DNA from: Bacteroidales bacterium
GTDB lineage: Bacteria; Bacteroidota; Bacteroidia; Bacteroidales; UBA7960
Direction of reading: 5' to 3'
Assembly: GCA_007134525.1 (NCBI GenBank)
Contig: SLKR01000065.1
Location: forward strand, 1,408-65,407
Length of the DNA: 64,000 bases
Below the pieces are notes generated by a model. It ran no database searches, was not told where the DNA came from, and saw only the letters and a program-made list of their open reading frames with translations. Within the stretch, counting starts at the first letter, position 1. Each line of letters opens with the position of its first letter. A program made the translations under genes and the position numbers. Below, piece after piece: positions 9,612-18,222 of this stretch.

Positions 9612-10300
9612 GATGATTTTATTTTTTCAAAATAGGGCTTATATGCCTCAAGCCCTTCCCTGATCATATTTTGTACGCCATTGGAGGTTATTGTCCCTCC
9701 GCTTATAGCATCGACAGCATGCGGGTCATCGGGTGGAGCTCCGCCCTTTACGACTCTTACAGGACGGAAGCTGCCGTCTTCGTCAAAAATTCTCTTTCCT
9801 GAAAACTGCTCCTCGAAGTCACTTTCCGAGATCTCTGCCCCCAGGCCGGGAGTTTCACTGGCATGATCGAAATTGGCAGAAACAATGGTCGCCATATCCG
9901 ACTTCAGCCCGACATACCCCCATATGGGGCCCCAAAGCCCTGCCCCCCTCAATGAAACTATATATAATGTCTCTCCATCCACATCAGCAATGAATACCGG
10001 CAGTTGACGCTGCTGCGGATCCTTGCGGTTCTCCTCCTGCATGTCTATCTCAAATGCATCCCCCACGACCTCCTCCCCGCGGTGATCAATAACCTTGGCG
10101 GTGGTTACATAGCGGGCAAACAGCTCTTCGGCCTCTCCCCTTGTAGCGGAAATATCTATAGCAGCAAGGATATTCTGCATCTTCTCCATGCGCATATTAC
10201 GTTCCTGCCTGGGCCTTAACAAGGTAGCAGCACCCGAGAGCACCAGCGCCACAATTATCACCATGGCTGAAGCATACAGGAACACATATCGGTTTGTCAT
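9608..10300 (-). CDS. nqrC: Na+-NQR subunit C (FMN-binding)
   Basis: N-terminal TM anchor and a flavinylation-type motif DAISGGT at nt 9692-9712. Confidence 0.9.
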   Translation of the reverse strand: MTNRYVFLYASAMVIIVALVLSGAATLLRPRQERNMRMEKMQNILAAIDISATRGEAEELFARYVTTAKVIDHRGEEVVGDAFEIDMQEENRKDPQQRQLPVFIADVDGETLYIVSLRGAGLWGPIWGYVGLKSDMATIVSANFDHASETPGLGAEISESDFEEQFSGKRIFDEDGSFRPVRVVKGGAPPDDPHAVDAISGGTITSNGVQNMIREGLEAYKPYFEKIKSS

Positions 10301-10312
10301 CTCTTTCTGGTT

Positions 10313-11473
10313 TTATGTTTTTAACCTTCGCAAACGCCTCTTTATATTAGCCTGAACAACATAATGGTCGATCAGCGGGGCAAAAACGTTCATGAACAAT
10401 ATCGCCAGCATCATCCCTTCGGGATATGCAGGGTTCACAACCCTTATCAAAATGGTAACAACACCAATTAGAAAGCCGTAAATATATTTTCCGGTGCCTG
10501 TCTGTGACGCGGATACAGGGTCTGTTGCCATGTAAACCGTACCAAATGCAAACCCACCCATTACGAGGTGGTAATGTGCCGGCAGTTCCATATAGTCATT
10601 TACTGCAAAGAGGTTGAACAAAAGCCCCATGAAAAGGCCTCCGGCAACAACCGAGAGCATGATCCTCAGACTGCCCACCCCTGTTGCTACCAGTATCAGT
10701 GCGCCCAGAAGTACGGCAATTGTGGAGGTCTCTCCTACCGATCCGGGTATACTGCCAATGAACATCCCCATTAGTGAAGGGAGATTTTCAATTTCACCCG
10801 TTGTTAGCATCGCAAGCGGGGTTGCACCGGTAAAGCCGTCAACCAACTGCTGTCCTTGCTCCAGCCCTGTATATATCCAGACATCATCACCCGAAAGGTG
10901 GGCAGGGTAAGCAAAAAACAAAAACGCCCTGGCAAGCAGGGCCGGGTTCAGGATGTTCATGCCTGTACCACCGAATACCTCCTTGCCTATGATCACTGCA
11001 AAGACAGTGGCAACGGCAACCATCCACAGGGGTGTGGTTACCGGGATTACAAGGGGTATAAGCAGCCCGGTAACGAGAAAACCCTCATTGACTTCATGGT
11101 CACGTATCGAGGCAAAGATGAACTCCACTGTCAGCCCCGCAACATAGCTTACCACTATAAGGGGCAGCACCCTTAACAGGCCGAAAATGAAATTATCTAT
11201 CAGGCCCGACTCCTGGCCTATGGCCTGGTAGTGCTGGTATCCGACATTCCACATCCCGAAAAGCATAACCGGCATCAGTGCAATTACCACATGGAACATG
11301 GTGCGTTTCATATCCATTGCATCGCGGATATGACTTCCCCTCTTTGTTACATCACCACTAACAAAAAGGAAGGTTTCAAAGGCTTCGAATGTACGGTAGA
11401 ATTTCTCCAGCCTCCCCCCCTTGACAAAATGGGGTTTGATCCTATTCTCCAAAAAATCGTGTAATGCCTTCAA
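10313..11473 (-). CDS. nqrB: Na+-NQR subunit B
   Basis: NqrB/RnfD-type polytopic protein with flavinylation motif DGFTGAT. The ORF begins with TTG at 11473 and has no in-frame upstream ATG (stop at 11486-11488). Confidence 0.9.
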   Translation of the reverse strand: MKALHDFLENRIKPHFVKGGRLEKFYRTFEAFETFLFVSGDVTKRGSHIRDAMDMKRTMFHVVIALMPVMLFGMWNVGYQHYQAIGQESGLIDNFIFGLLRVLPLIVVSYVAGLTVEFIFASIRDHEVNEGFLVTGLLIPLVIPVTTPLWMVAVATVFAVIIGKEVFGGTGMNILNPALLARAFLFFAYPAHLSGDDVWIYTGLEQGQQLVDGFTGATPLAMLTTGEIENLPSLMGMFIGSIPGSVGETSTIAVLLGALILVATGVGSLRIMLSVVAGGLFMGLLFNLFAVNDYMELPAHYHLVMGGFAFGTVYMATDPVSASQTGTGKYIYGFLIGVVTILIRVVNPAYPEGMMLAILFMNVFAPLIDHYVVQANIKRRLRRLKT

Positions 11474-11528
11474 TGGTTTCTTTTTTTATGGTTTTTATTT
11501 TAAAGGCCCACCGGAGTAACCGGTTCCA

Positions 11529-12890
11529 TCAGGCAAATTCTTTTCTCAGATCGTCGAGTCCCTGGCGTATGATGCCTTGTATTTCCGTCTTGGAAGGACA
11601 CACGAACTCGCACAGTGCAAAATCTTCCGGAGCCACCTCGTAAATGCCAAGCTTCTCCATCATATCGATGTCATTTATCATTATTGATTTAAGCAGCTGC
11701 ATGGGCAATATATCCATGGGGAGAACCTTTTCATACAGACCGGTGATCACAAACGGCCTTTCCCCCCCGTGCATATTGGTGTTCAGGCGGTATTTCTTCC
11801 AGGGCATAAGGAAGGAGAAGTATGTGCGTGAAACACTGTATTTGCTGGTCTTGGGTATCAGCCAGCCAAGCAGCTCAGGCTTGTCGCCTTCGGGGATCAC
11901 ACACAACTGGTCGTCGTAATAACCGGTAAAACCATCAGGGCTGACCTTCTGGCCCGAAAGCACATCACCGCTTATATACCTGGGAGTTATGCCCTCTTCC
12001 TGCCTGATATTGCCACCGGCAAAGGAAGAGATACCGGCACCGGTCTTAATCTTGTAATACCTGGGTTTGACAACCTCTGGCCCATTGAACGCTATTATCT
12101 TCTGTGCCTCATAAATGCCCTTTTCGAACAATCTCCCGATACTGATCACATCCTGTACGTCGAGGTACCAGACTATCTCACCCTTGTTTATGGGTTTTAT
12201 GTGGTGTATCTGTATGCCGACATTTCCGGCCGGATGAGGCCCCCGGAAATGATGAACGCTAACCCCTTTTGCCTGCAGAAATGCAGGCGATGTGGTCTCC
12301 CCCTCCTGAACACTGAGGTGTACCTCTCCGGAAGTAAGCTTTTTTACCACATCCAGGCCTGCCTGGAACTCTTTTTCCTGCCCGTTCACTATAAAATCCA
12401 TATCGGGAGCCAGGGGTGCCGTCCTGAAGGCTGATATGAATATCGAGCGGGGAGTGTCGGCAGGGTTTGCTATAATTGAATAGGGGCGCTGCCGTATTGC
12501 AGGCCAAAGACCGCTTTTAAGCAGTCTGGCGGTTATCGCCTCCCTTGAGAGACTTGCCGGATCGTCAGATCCGAAGTCGATATATTCATCCTCCTGGTCA
12601 GGTTCGATTATTACCTCCAGGATACGGCGCTTTGCCCCCCTTACCAATTTTTTGTAGGTACCGCTGACCGGAGAGGTAAAGACTATTTTCTCGTTATACT
12701 TATCATAAAACAAAGGGCTGCCCGCTTTAACGCGTTCACCTTCCTGTACCATCATTTTCGGGAAGATCCCGTGAAAGTCAGTGGGTTTTACGGCATATTC
12801 TTGTGCCCTGGGAGGTGTCTGCAGTATCTTTTCAGCTTCTCCGAGCAGGGGAATATTCAGTCCACGTTTGATCCTGGTCGCTGTCGGCAT
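11529..12890 (-). CDS. nqrA: Na+-NQR subunit A
   Basis: 453-aa soluble subunit starting IKRGLNIPLLGEA, the typical NqrA N-terminus. First gene of the operon. Confidence 0.9.
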   Translation of the reverse strand: MPTATRIKRGLNIPLLGEAEKILQTPPRAQEYAVKPTDFHGIFPKMMVQEGERVKAGSPLFYDKYNEKIVFTSPVSGTYKKLVRGAKRRILEVIIEPDQEDEYIDFGSDDPASLSREAITARLLKSGLWPAIRQRPYSIIANPADTPRSIFISAFRTAPLAPDMDFIVNGQEKEFQAGLDVVKKLTSGEVHLSVQEGETTSPAFLQAKGVSVHHFRGPHPAGNVGIQIHHIKPINKGEIVWYLDVQDVISIGRLFEKGIYEAQKIIAFNGPEVVKPRYYKIKTGAGISSFAGGNIRQEEGITPRYISGDVLSGQKVSPDGFTGYYDDQLCVIPEGDKPELLGWLIPKTSKYSVSRTYFSFLMPWKKYRLNTNMHGGERPFVITGLYEKVLPMDILPMQLLKSIMINDIDMMEKLGIYEVAPEDFALCEFVCPSKTEIQGIIRQGLDDLRKEFA

Positions 12891-12924
12891 CTTTTGGTGA
12901 GGTTTTGTGGATATAGCTTACTGG

Positions 12925-12932
12925 CAAAATTA
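12925..12932 (-). promoter_or_regulatory. Candidate Bacteroidota -7 promoter box (TAATTTTG) for nqrA
   Basis: Exact TAnnTTTG match on the minus strand, 35 nt upstream of the nqrA ATG. Confidence 0.45.
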
Positions 12933-12982
12933 TAGATATTTTTAAATATCAGAAATTCTTTTGATACATTTGGGTTTTTATT

Positions 12983-12990
12983 TAGATTTG
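12983..12990 (+). promoter_or_regulatory. Candidate -7 promoter box (TAGATTTG)
   Basis: TAnnTTTG match 37 nt upstream of the ATG at 13027. Confidence 0.45.
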
Positions 12991-13026
12991 TTTGAAAGAT
13001 AGCTATGTGCATCAAATATCACTTCA

Positions 13027-14352
13027 ATGATTTGCGGTTTTTTTTCTTTTTTTAAGATCATCACCAGAATCACCCGGTGTGCCCTAATACTGGTTGTGCT
13101 AATCCTATCTGCAACTGTATCAGGCAATGGCAATACGGATTATTTTCTTTATGGCGATTTTGTCTATAAAAACAACATCAAGACGGTTTTGTTTAACCAG
13201 AAAGGCTTCGAACTGTCTGACCCGCTGATAAGGATGAACTCAAACGACAGGCTGACACTTCGTTTTGATGACCTTGATGCCGATTTCAAACAGTATTACT
13301 ACACCATTTTACACTGCGATGCCAACTGGGAGGTGTCAGACCTCAGGGAGTATGAATACATAGAGGGCTTTTACGAGGATCAGATAAGGAACTACAGGAG
13401 TTCCAGAAATACCAGGGTTCCTTATACACATTACTGGATGGAGTTTCCGGGTCCTAACCTGCGACCGGTAAAATCGGGCAATTACATTCTGAAGGTATTT
13501 CTTGAAGGCAACCGTGATGATGTGGTATTTACACGCAAGTTCTCCGTTTTCGAGCAGCAGGTAACCGTCGAGGGGCATGTTCAGCAGGCAAACCTGGTAA
13601 GATACCGGGATACCAGGCAGCAACCGGTATTTACCATAAATACTGGCAGTTACAATATAAGCAACCCATACAGGGACCTGACGGTGGTTATCAGGCAAAA
13701 CGGGCGCTGGGACAATGCCATTGGCGGCATGCCACCAAGATCAGTACAGGGAAACAAACTGGTATATGACTATGAAGACGAGACCCTGTTCGAAGGCAAC
13801 AATGAGTTCCGGCGTTTCGACATACGGAGCCTCAGGCAGCTCTCGGAAAGGGTTAACGACATACAGTCTTCAAGGAGGCACTGGGATGTCTTTCTCTCTT
13901 CCGACAAGGTGCGCGCATACAACAGGTATATCAGCGAGGACGATATAAACGGCAGGTTTCAGGTAATTTCATTCGACGCGGCCGACAATATGCTTGAGAG
14001 CGATTATGCCTGGGTGCATTTTTTCATGCCAATGCCGGAACCACTCGAGGAAGGCCACCTATATGTAATGGGGGCTTTTACCGACTGGCACTTTTCGGAC
14101 GAAAACAGGATGAACTACAATTACGGCGAGAATGCCTATGAACTTAGTCTGATGCTGAAACAGGGCTATTACAACTACCTTTACGCCTACCTGCCTCCGG
14201 GCCGGCTTGCCCCGGCTGATGTGTCCTATATAGAGGGAAGCCATTCGATAACCGAGAACGATTATACGGTATATGTATATCACAGGCGACCCGGTGATCT
14301 TTACGACCGGCTTATCGGACTGGGGCATATGAACCCCACTATTGACAGGTAG
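13027..14352 (+). CDS. DUF5103-like protein (possibly a type IX secretion plug-domain family member)
   Basis: N-terminal signal/anchor. The YYYTILHCDANWEVSDL...EYIEGF block matches my recollection of the DUF5103 family; not verified by search. Confidence 0.45.
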   Translation: MICGFFSFFKIITRITRCALILVVLILSATVSGNGNTDYFLYGDFVYKNNIKTVLFNQKGFELSDPLIRMNSNDRLTLRFDDLDADFKQYYYTILHCDANWEVSDLREYEYIEGFYEDQIRNYRSSRNTRVPYTHYWMEFPGPNLRPVKSGNYILKVFLEGNRDDVVFTRKFSVFEQQVTVEGHVQQANLVRYRDTRQQPVFTINTGSYNISNPYRDLTVVIRQNGRWDNAIGGMPPRSVQGNKLVYDYEDETLFEGNNEFRRFDIRSLRQLSERVNDIQSSRRHWDVFLSSDKVRAYNRYISEDDINGRFQVISFDAADNMLESDYAWVHFFMPMPEPLEEGHLYVMGAFTDWHFSDENRMNYNYGENAYELSLMLKQGYYNYLYAYLPPGRLAPADVSYIEGSHSITENDYTVYVYHRRPGDLYDRLIGLGHMNPTIDR

Positions 14353-14359
14353 CAATGCA

Positions 14360-14566
14360 TTAACCGCCGCTGATCAGGTGAATGACTTTCACATCATCAC
14401 CCTCCTTTATGGTAGTGGTGTCAAAATCTCCCGGCTTTACGGTCTTATCGTTGACCCTTACCACCAGGAATTTAAACGTGAAGTTTTTTAATTCCAGCAG
14501 CTCGCTGACGGTAAGCGAATGCCTGCCTGTGAACTCTTCATTTTTATTGTTGAGCTTAATCTTCAT
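14360..14566 (-). CDS. thiS: ThiS/MoaD-family sulfur-carrier (ubiquitin-like) protein
   Basis: 68 aa with a beta-grasp-like pattern and a C-terminal HLISGG di-glycine. Confidence 0.8.
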   Translation of the reverse strand: MKIKLNNKNEEFTGRHSLTVSELLELKNFTFKFLVVRVNDKTVKPGDFDTTTIKEGDDVKVIHLISGG

Positions 14567-14568
14567 AT

Positions 14569-15084
14569 TTAAAAACTCCTCCTTGCTTCACTTTTTAAAT
14601 AGTCCAGTGCTTTCCTGGTCGGGGAATTCTCCAGGTCGGTTTCGAGAATTCTCTGACTCAGTTCTGTTGCGCTTGCATCCTCCTTCAAATCTGATGCCAG
14701 AGAGTTTATTTGCCCTATACACTCCTCGTACGACCGGTTTATCAACTCCCATGCCTGTGGTGAGATATAGAGCTGCTGCGAGAGATTGTGGGTATATTCA
14801 TCCCTTATGCTCTTAATAAGCTGCTTCTGAAGCTCCCCGGCCGTCAGGCCCGGCTTGTAAACCCTCACTATCAAATTATTGGGCGATATTCGCTCCAGAA
14901 AAAGAACCAGACGTTCATATGCCTGCAGCCTAAGCGGCAGTGATACCTTCATACGGTCTGACATCAGCTCGCTGTGACGCCTTTTGTTCTCCTGCTGGAA
15001 GAACTCCTTGAGTATAAACCATGCCGTAAGGAATACAACAATGGAGGGGATTGTATAGCGCAGTATATAAAATATGTCGCCCAT
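14569..15084 (-). CDS. Hypothetical membrane-anchored protein
   Basis: One N-terminal TM helix (IPSIVVFLTAWFILKEFF) and a predicted helical soluble domain. Its stop lies 2 nt before the thiS ATG. No family recognised. Confidence 0.5.
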   Translation of the reverse strand: MGDIFYILRYTIPSIVVFLTAWFILKEFFQQENKRRHSELMSDRMKVSLPLRLQAYERLVLFLERISPNNLIVRVYKPGLTAGELQKQLIKSIRDEYTHNLSQQLYISPQAWELINRSYEECIGQINSLASDLKEDASATELSQRILETDLENSPTRKALDYLKSEARRSF

Positions 15085-15103
15085 GGTTATATATGTTTTT
15101 GTA

Positions 15104-15111
15104 CAAAGATA
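15104..15111 (-). promoter_or_regulatory. Candidate -7 promoter box (TATCTTTG) for the 15084-14360 operon
   Basis: TAnnTTTG match on the minus strand, 20 nt upstream of the ATG at 15084. Confidence 0.4.
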
Positions 15112-15140
15112 ATCCCTTTTGGCGAATCTGTTTATTTTGC

Positions 15141-15148
15141 TAATTTTG
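15141..15148 (+). promoter_or_regulatory. Candidate -7 promoter box (TAATTTTG) for the aminotransferase gene
   Basis: TAnnTTTG match 37 nt upstream of the ATG at 15185. Confidence 0.45.
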
Positions 15149-15184
15149 CGACTTATCCCTGAATCACTTATAACCTAAACAACA

Positions 15185-16378
15185 ATGATAAGGCTATCCG
15201 ACCGCATAAACCGCTTGTCAGAGTCCGAAACCCTCGCAATGTCGAGAATGAGCCGCGAGCTCAAGGAAGAGGGGCACGATGTTATTACCCTTAGTGTGGG
15301 TGAGCCGGACTTCTTTACACCCGACAATATAAAGGAGGCAGGCAAAAAGGCAATTGACGCTAATTACTCCTTCTACACCCCTGTGAATGGGTACCAGGAC
15401 CTCAGGGAGGCAATATGCATGAAGCTGCAGCGGGATAACGGACTGAAATATAAACCCGACCAGATAGTTGTAAGTACAGGAGCCAAGCAGTCGATAGCAA
15501 ATGCTGTTATGTGCCTTGCAAATCCGGGAGATGAGGTCATAGTGCCGGCCCCTTACTGGGTGAGCTACAGGGAGATCGTAAAAATGGCCGAAGCCACTGC
15601 GGTTTATGTTAAAGCAGGTATCAGCAGCGACTTTAAGATTACACCGGATCAGCTCGAAAACGCCATTACAGATAAAACGACCCTGTTTATTTTTTCAAGC
15701 CCCTGCAATCCCACCGGCTCGGTATATTCCCGCAGTGAACTGAAAGCACTGGCTGAAGTTTTTGAAAAGCATCCCAATATCATTATAATCTCTGACGAGA
15801 TCTATGAGCATATAAACTTTGTGGGGAAACATGAGAGCATTGCCCGGTTTGATTCAATAAAAGACAGGGTTGTGCTGGTAAATGGCGTGTCGAAGGGTTT
15901 TGCAATGACCGGCTGGCGCCTTGGATATATGGCTGCAAACGCCGGGATAGCAAAGGCATGCAACAAGCTGCAGGGACAGGTAACCTCCGGAGCATGTTCC
16001 ATTGCTCAGCGTGCAGCCATTGAGGCAATGCATTCAGGACCTGGTGCCACAGCCGGAATGCTTGAAAAATTCAGGGAGAGACGCGACCTGGTAATAGACC
16101 TGCTTAAAGACGTTCCCGGGGTTGAAACAAACATGCCCCAGGGAGCATTCTACCTGTTTATAAATGTAAGCTCCCATTTCGGTAAAACATATATGGGAGA
16201 AAAGATTGAAAGCGCTTCCGACCTTTGCATGTACCTGCTGAAGAGTGCACATATCGCACTGGTGCCAGGCAGTGCCTTCGGTGATGACGATTGTGTAAGG
16301 TTTTCTTATGCAACAAGCGAGAACCTTCTGGTTGAAGCAGTTGCAAGGATGAAAAAAGCCCTGTCGCGGTTAAAATAA
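15185..16378 (+). CDS. Class I PLP-dependent (aspartate) aminotransferase
   Basis: The SKGFAMTGWRLGY PLP-lysine motif, with length and layout of the AspC/AspB family. Confidence 0.9.
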   Translation: MIRLSDRINRLSESETLAMSRMSRELKEEGHDVITLSVGEPDFFTPDNIKEAGKKAIDANYSFYTPVNGYQDLREAICMKLQRDNGLKYKPDQIVVSTGAKQSIANAVMCLANPGDEVIVPAPYWVSYREIVKMAEATAVYVKAGISSDFKITPDQLENAITDKTTLFIFSSPCNPTGSVYSRSELKALAEVFEKHPNIIIISDEIYEHINFVGKHESIARFDSIKDRVVLVNGVSKGFAMTGWRLGYMAANAGIAKACNKLQGQVTSGACSIAQRAAIEAMHSGPGATAGMLEKFRERRDLVIDLLKDVPGVETNMPQGAFYLFINVSSHFGKTYMGEKIESASDLCMYLLKSAHIALVPGSAFGDDDCVRFSYATSENLLVEAVARMKKALSRLK

Positions 16379-16457
16379 ATCCGTGCCAAAAGGCGTTCTC
16401 ACTTAACGTCAACATGAAGCATATACCTATCAGTCAACAAATACCATCTTTCTTTTC

Positions 16458-17477
16458 ATGACAGAAAAAAGTACTATTAAAAGGCTTTTTCATTCATTTG
16501 AGAAAAAGAAATTTCTTATAATAGGCGACGTTATGATCGACGCCTACCTTTGGGGGAGCGTAGACAGGGTTTCTCCCGAGGCACCTGTTCCCATCGTTAA
16601 GCTTAACAAGCGCGAGAGCCGTCTTGGAGGAGCGGCCAACGTAGCCCTCAACATTCAAAACATGGGGGGTATACCGGTATTGTGCTCGGTTATAGGAAGT
16701 GATGAAAAAGGCAGGCTTTTTCAGGAGCTCCTGGAGGAAAAAGGGCTTCCCGGCGAAGGACTTATAAGCAGTGACGACAGGCTTACCACCGTAAAGTTCA
16801 GGGTTTTCGGCAACAATGTGCAGATGCTAAGGGTAGACGAGGAAGTCGTGCACGGCCTTCATGAAAGTGAGTCAGGCGAACTGATACGCAGGATAAATGA
16901 GCTTATTCAGGGCAATGGTATTGATGCTATAATTTTTGAGGATTATGACAAGGGGGTGATATCGGCAACCCTCATAGAGAGTGTACTCGCCATGGCAGGA
17001 AAGCACTCTGTCCCGGTTGTGGTAGACCCGAAGAAAAAGAATTTTATGCACTACAGGGGAGTGAACCTTATAAAACCAAACCTGAAGGAGTTGCGTGAAG
17101 GCCTTAACCTGAACGGAGAACTGGCCGACCCTGCCCAGCTGAGCAGGGCCGTAAATACACTGCAGGATAAGCTGAAGGTGGGAACAGTGCTTGCAACACT
17201 CTCTGACAAGGGGATATTCTACAGCCATATCGAGCAGGACGGCAAGCACAACACAGGTTCAATACCCGCGTACATAAGGGATGTGGCGGATGTTTCAGGG
17301 GCAGGCGATACCGTTATAAGCCTTGCTGCCCTTTGTGTAGCTGCCGGTGCACCCGTAGAGCTTATGGCACGCATATGCAATCTCGGAGGCGGACTGGTGT
17401 GCGAACGTGTTGGGGTAGTTCCGGTTGACAGGGAAAAGCTTCTGGAGGAAGCCCTGAAGAAGTTCTGCTACAAGTAA
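16458..17477 (+). CDS. PfkB-family sugar kinase, RfaE/HldE domain I-like (D-glycero-beta-D-manno-heptose-7-phosphate kinase)
   Basis: N-terminus ILIIGDVMIDAYLWGSVDRVSPEAPVPIV and C-terminal DVSGAGDT motif. No adenylyltransferase domain is present. Confidence 0.7.
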   Translation: MTEKSTIKRLFHSFEKKKFLIIGDVMIDAYLWGSVDRVSPEAPVPIVKLNKRESRLGGAANVALNIQNMGGIPVLCSVIGSDEKGRLFQELLEEKGLPGEGLISSDDRLTTVKFRVFGNNVQMLRVDEEVVHGLHESESGELIRRINELIQGNGIDAIIFEDYDKGVISATLIESVLAMAGKHSVPVVVDPKKKNFMHYRGVNLIKPNLKELREGLNLNGELADPAQLSRAVNTLQDKLKVGTVLATLSDKGIFYSHIEQDGKHNTGSIPAYIRDVADVSGAGDTVISLAALCVAAGAPVELMARICNLGGGLVCERVGVVPVDREKLLEEALKKFCYK

Positions 17478-17502
17478 GAGACATTTAGCTCAAACTGTTT
17501 AA

Positions 17503-18144
17503 ATGAAAAAAAAGGACCTGAGAGAATTTCGCAGGGAATATTCGGTTAAAGGCCTTGAAGAGTCAGGGCTTCCGGCCGATCCGGTCAACCTGTTCAGCAG
17601 TTGGCTGAACGATGCCATAGAACAGGGCCTTACTGAACCGAATGCAATGACCCTTGCCACTGCCGGCAGCGACTGCAGGCCCAATGCAAGGATAGTCCTC
17701 CTGAAGGAGGTAAGCGGAGGAAATTTTGTATTTTTCACAAACTACGAAAGCAGAAAAGGTATCGAGCTTGAACAAAACCCCTATGCCTCGGCAGTTTTCC
17801 TGTGGCTCGAGCTTCACCGCCAGGTAAGGATCAGAGGCAGGGTTGAAAAGCTAAGCCCCCGGCTTTCAGATGAATATTTTTCAATACGGCCGCGGGGAAG
17901 CCAGCTGGGGGCCCTGGTTTCTCAACAAAGCAGGCCTGTAACACGCAGCGAGCTGGAGAGCAGGTTTGCACAGGAACAAAAAAGGCTCGAGGGCAGTAAG
18001 GTTCAAAGGCCCCGCTATTGGGGAGGATACACGCTTAATCCTGACAGCATTGAGTTCTGGCACGGCAGGGAGAGCAGGTTGCACGACAGGATACTATACA
18101 GAAAAAGTGCGGACAGCTGGGTGTTTGAGCGCCTGGCGCCCTGA
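17503..18144 (+). CDS. pdxH: Pyridoxamine 5'-phosphate oxidase
   Basis: Conserved IEFWHGRESRLHDR and RIVLLK motifs; 213 aa. Confidence 0.9.
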   Translation: MKKKDLREFRREYSVKGLEESGLPADPVNLFSSWLNDAIEQGLTEPNAMTLATAGSDCRPNARIVLLKEVSGGNFVFFTNYESRKGIELEQNPYASAVFLWLELHRQVRIRGRVEKLSPRLSDEYFSIRPRGSQLGALVSQQSRPVTRSELESRFAQEQKRLEGSKVQRPRYWGGYTLNPDSIEFWHGRESRLHDRILYRKSADSWVFERLAP

Positions 18145-18222
18145 AAGGTGTTGATTGTAAAACGGAATGCATATAATAAGACGTATTTTTTTTGCGTTTA
18201 ATAAGCCATACAAATAAAGTAA

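Noticed and set aside
12935-12950. A/T palindrome GATATTT-TT-AAATATC in the nqrA / DUF5103-like divergent promoter region.
   Set aside because: It is short and entirely A/T-rich within an A/T-rich gap, so chance occurrence is likely. No regulator gene lies adjacent.
15085-15184. Possible TPP riboswitch upstream of the thiS-containing operon.
   Set aside because: The leader is only about 100 nt, and I could not find the conserved CUGAGA / ACCUGAU-type TPP elements on the minus strand. A covariance-model scan would be needed to be certain.
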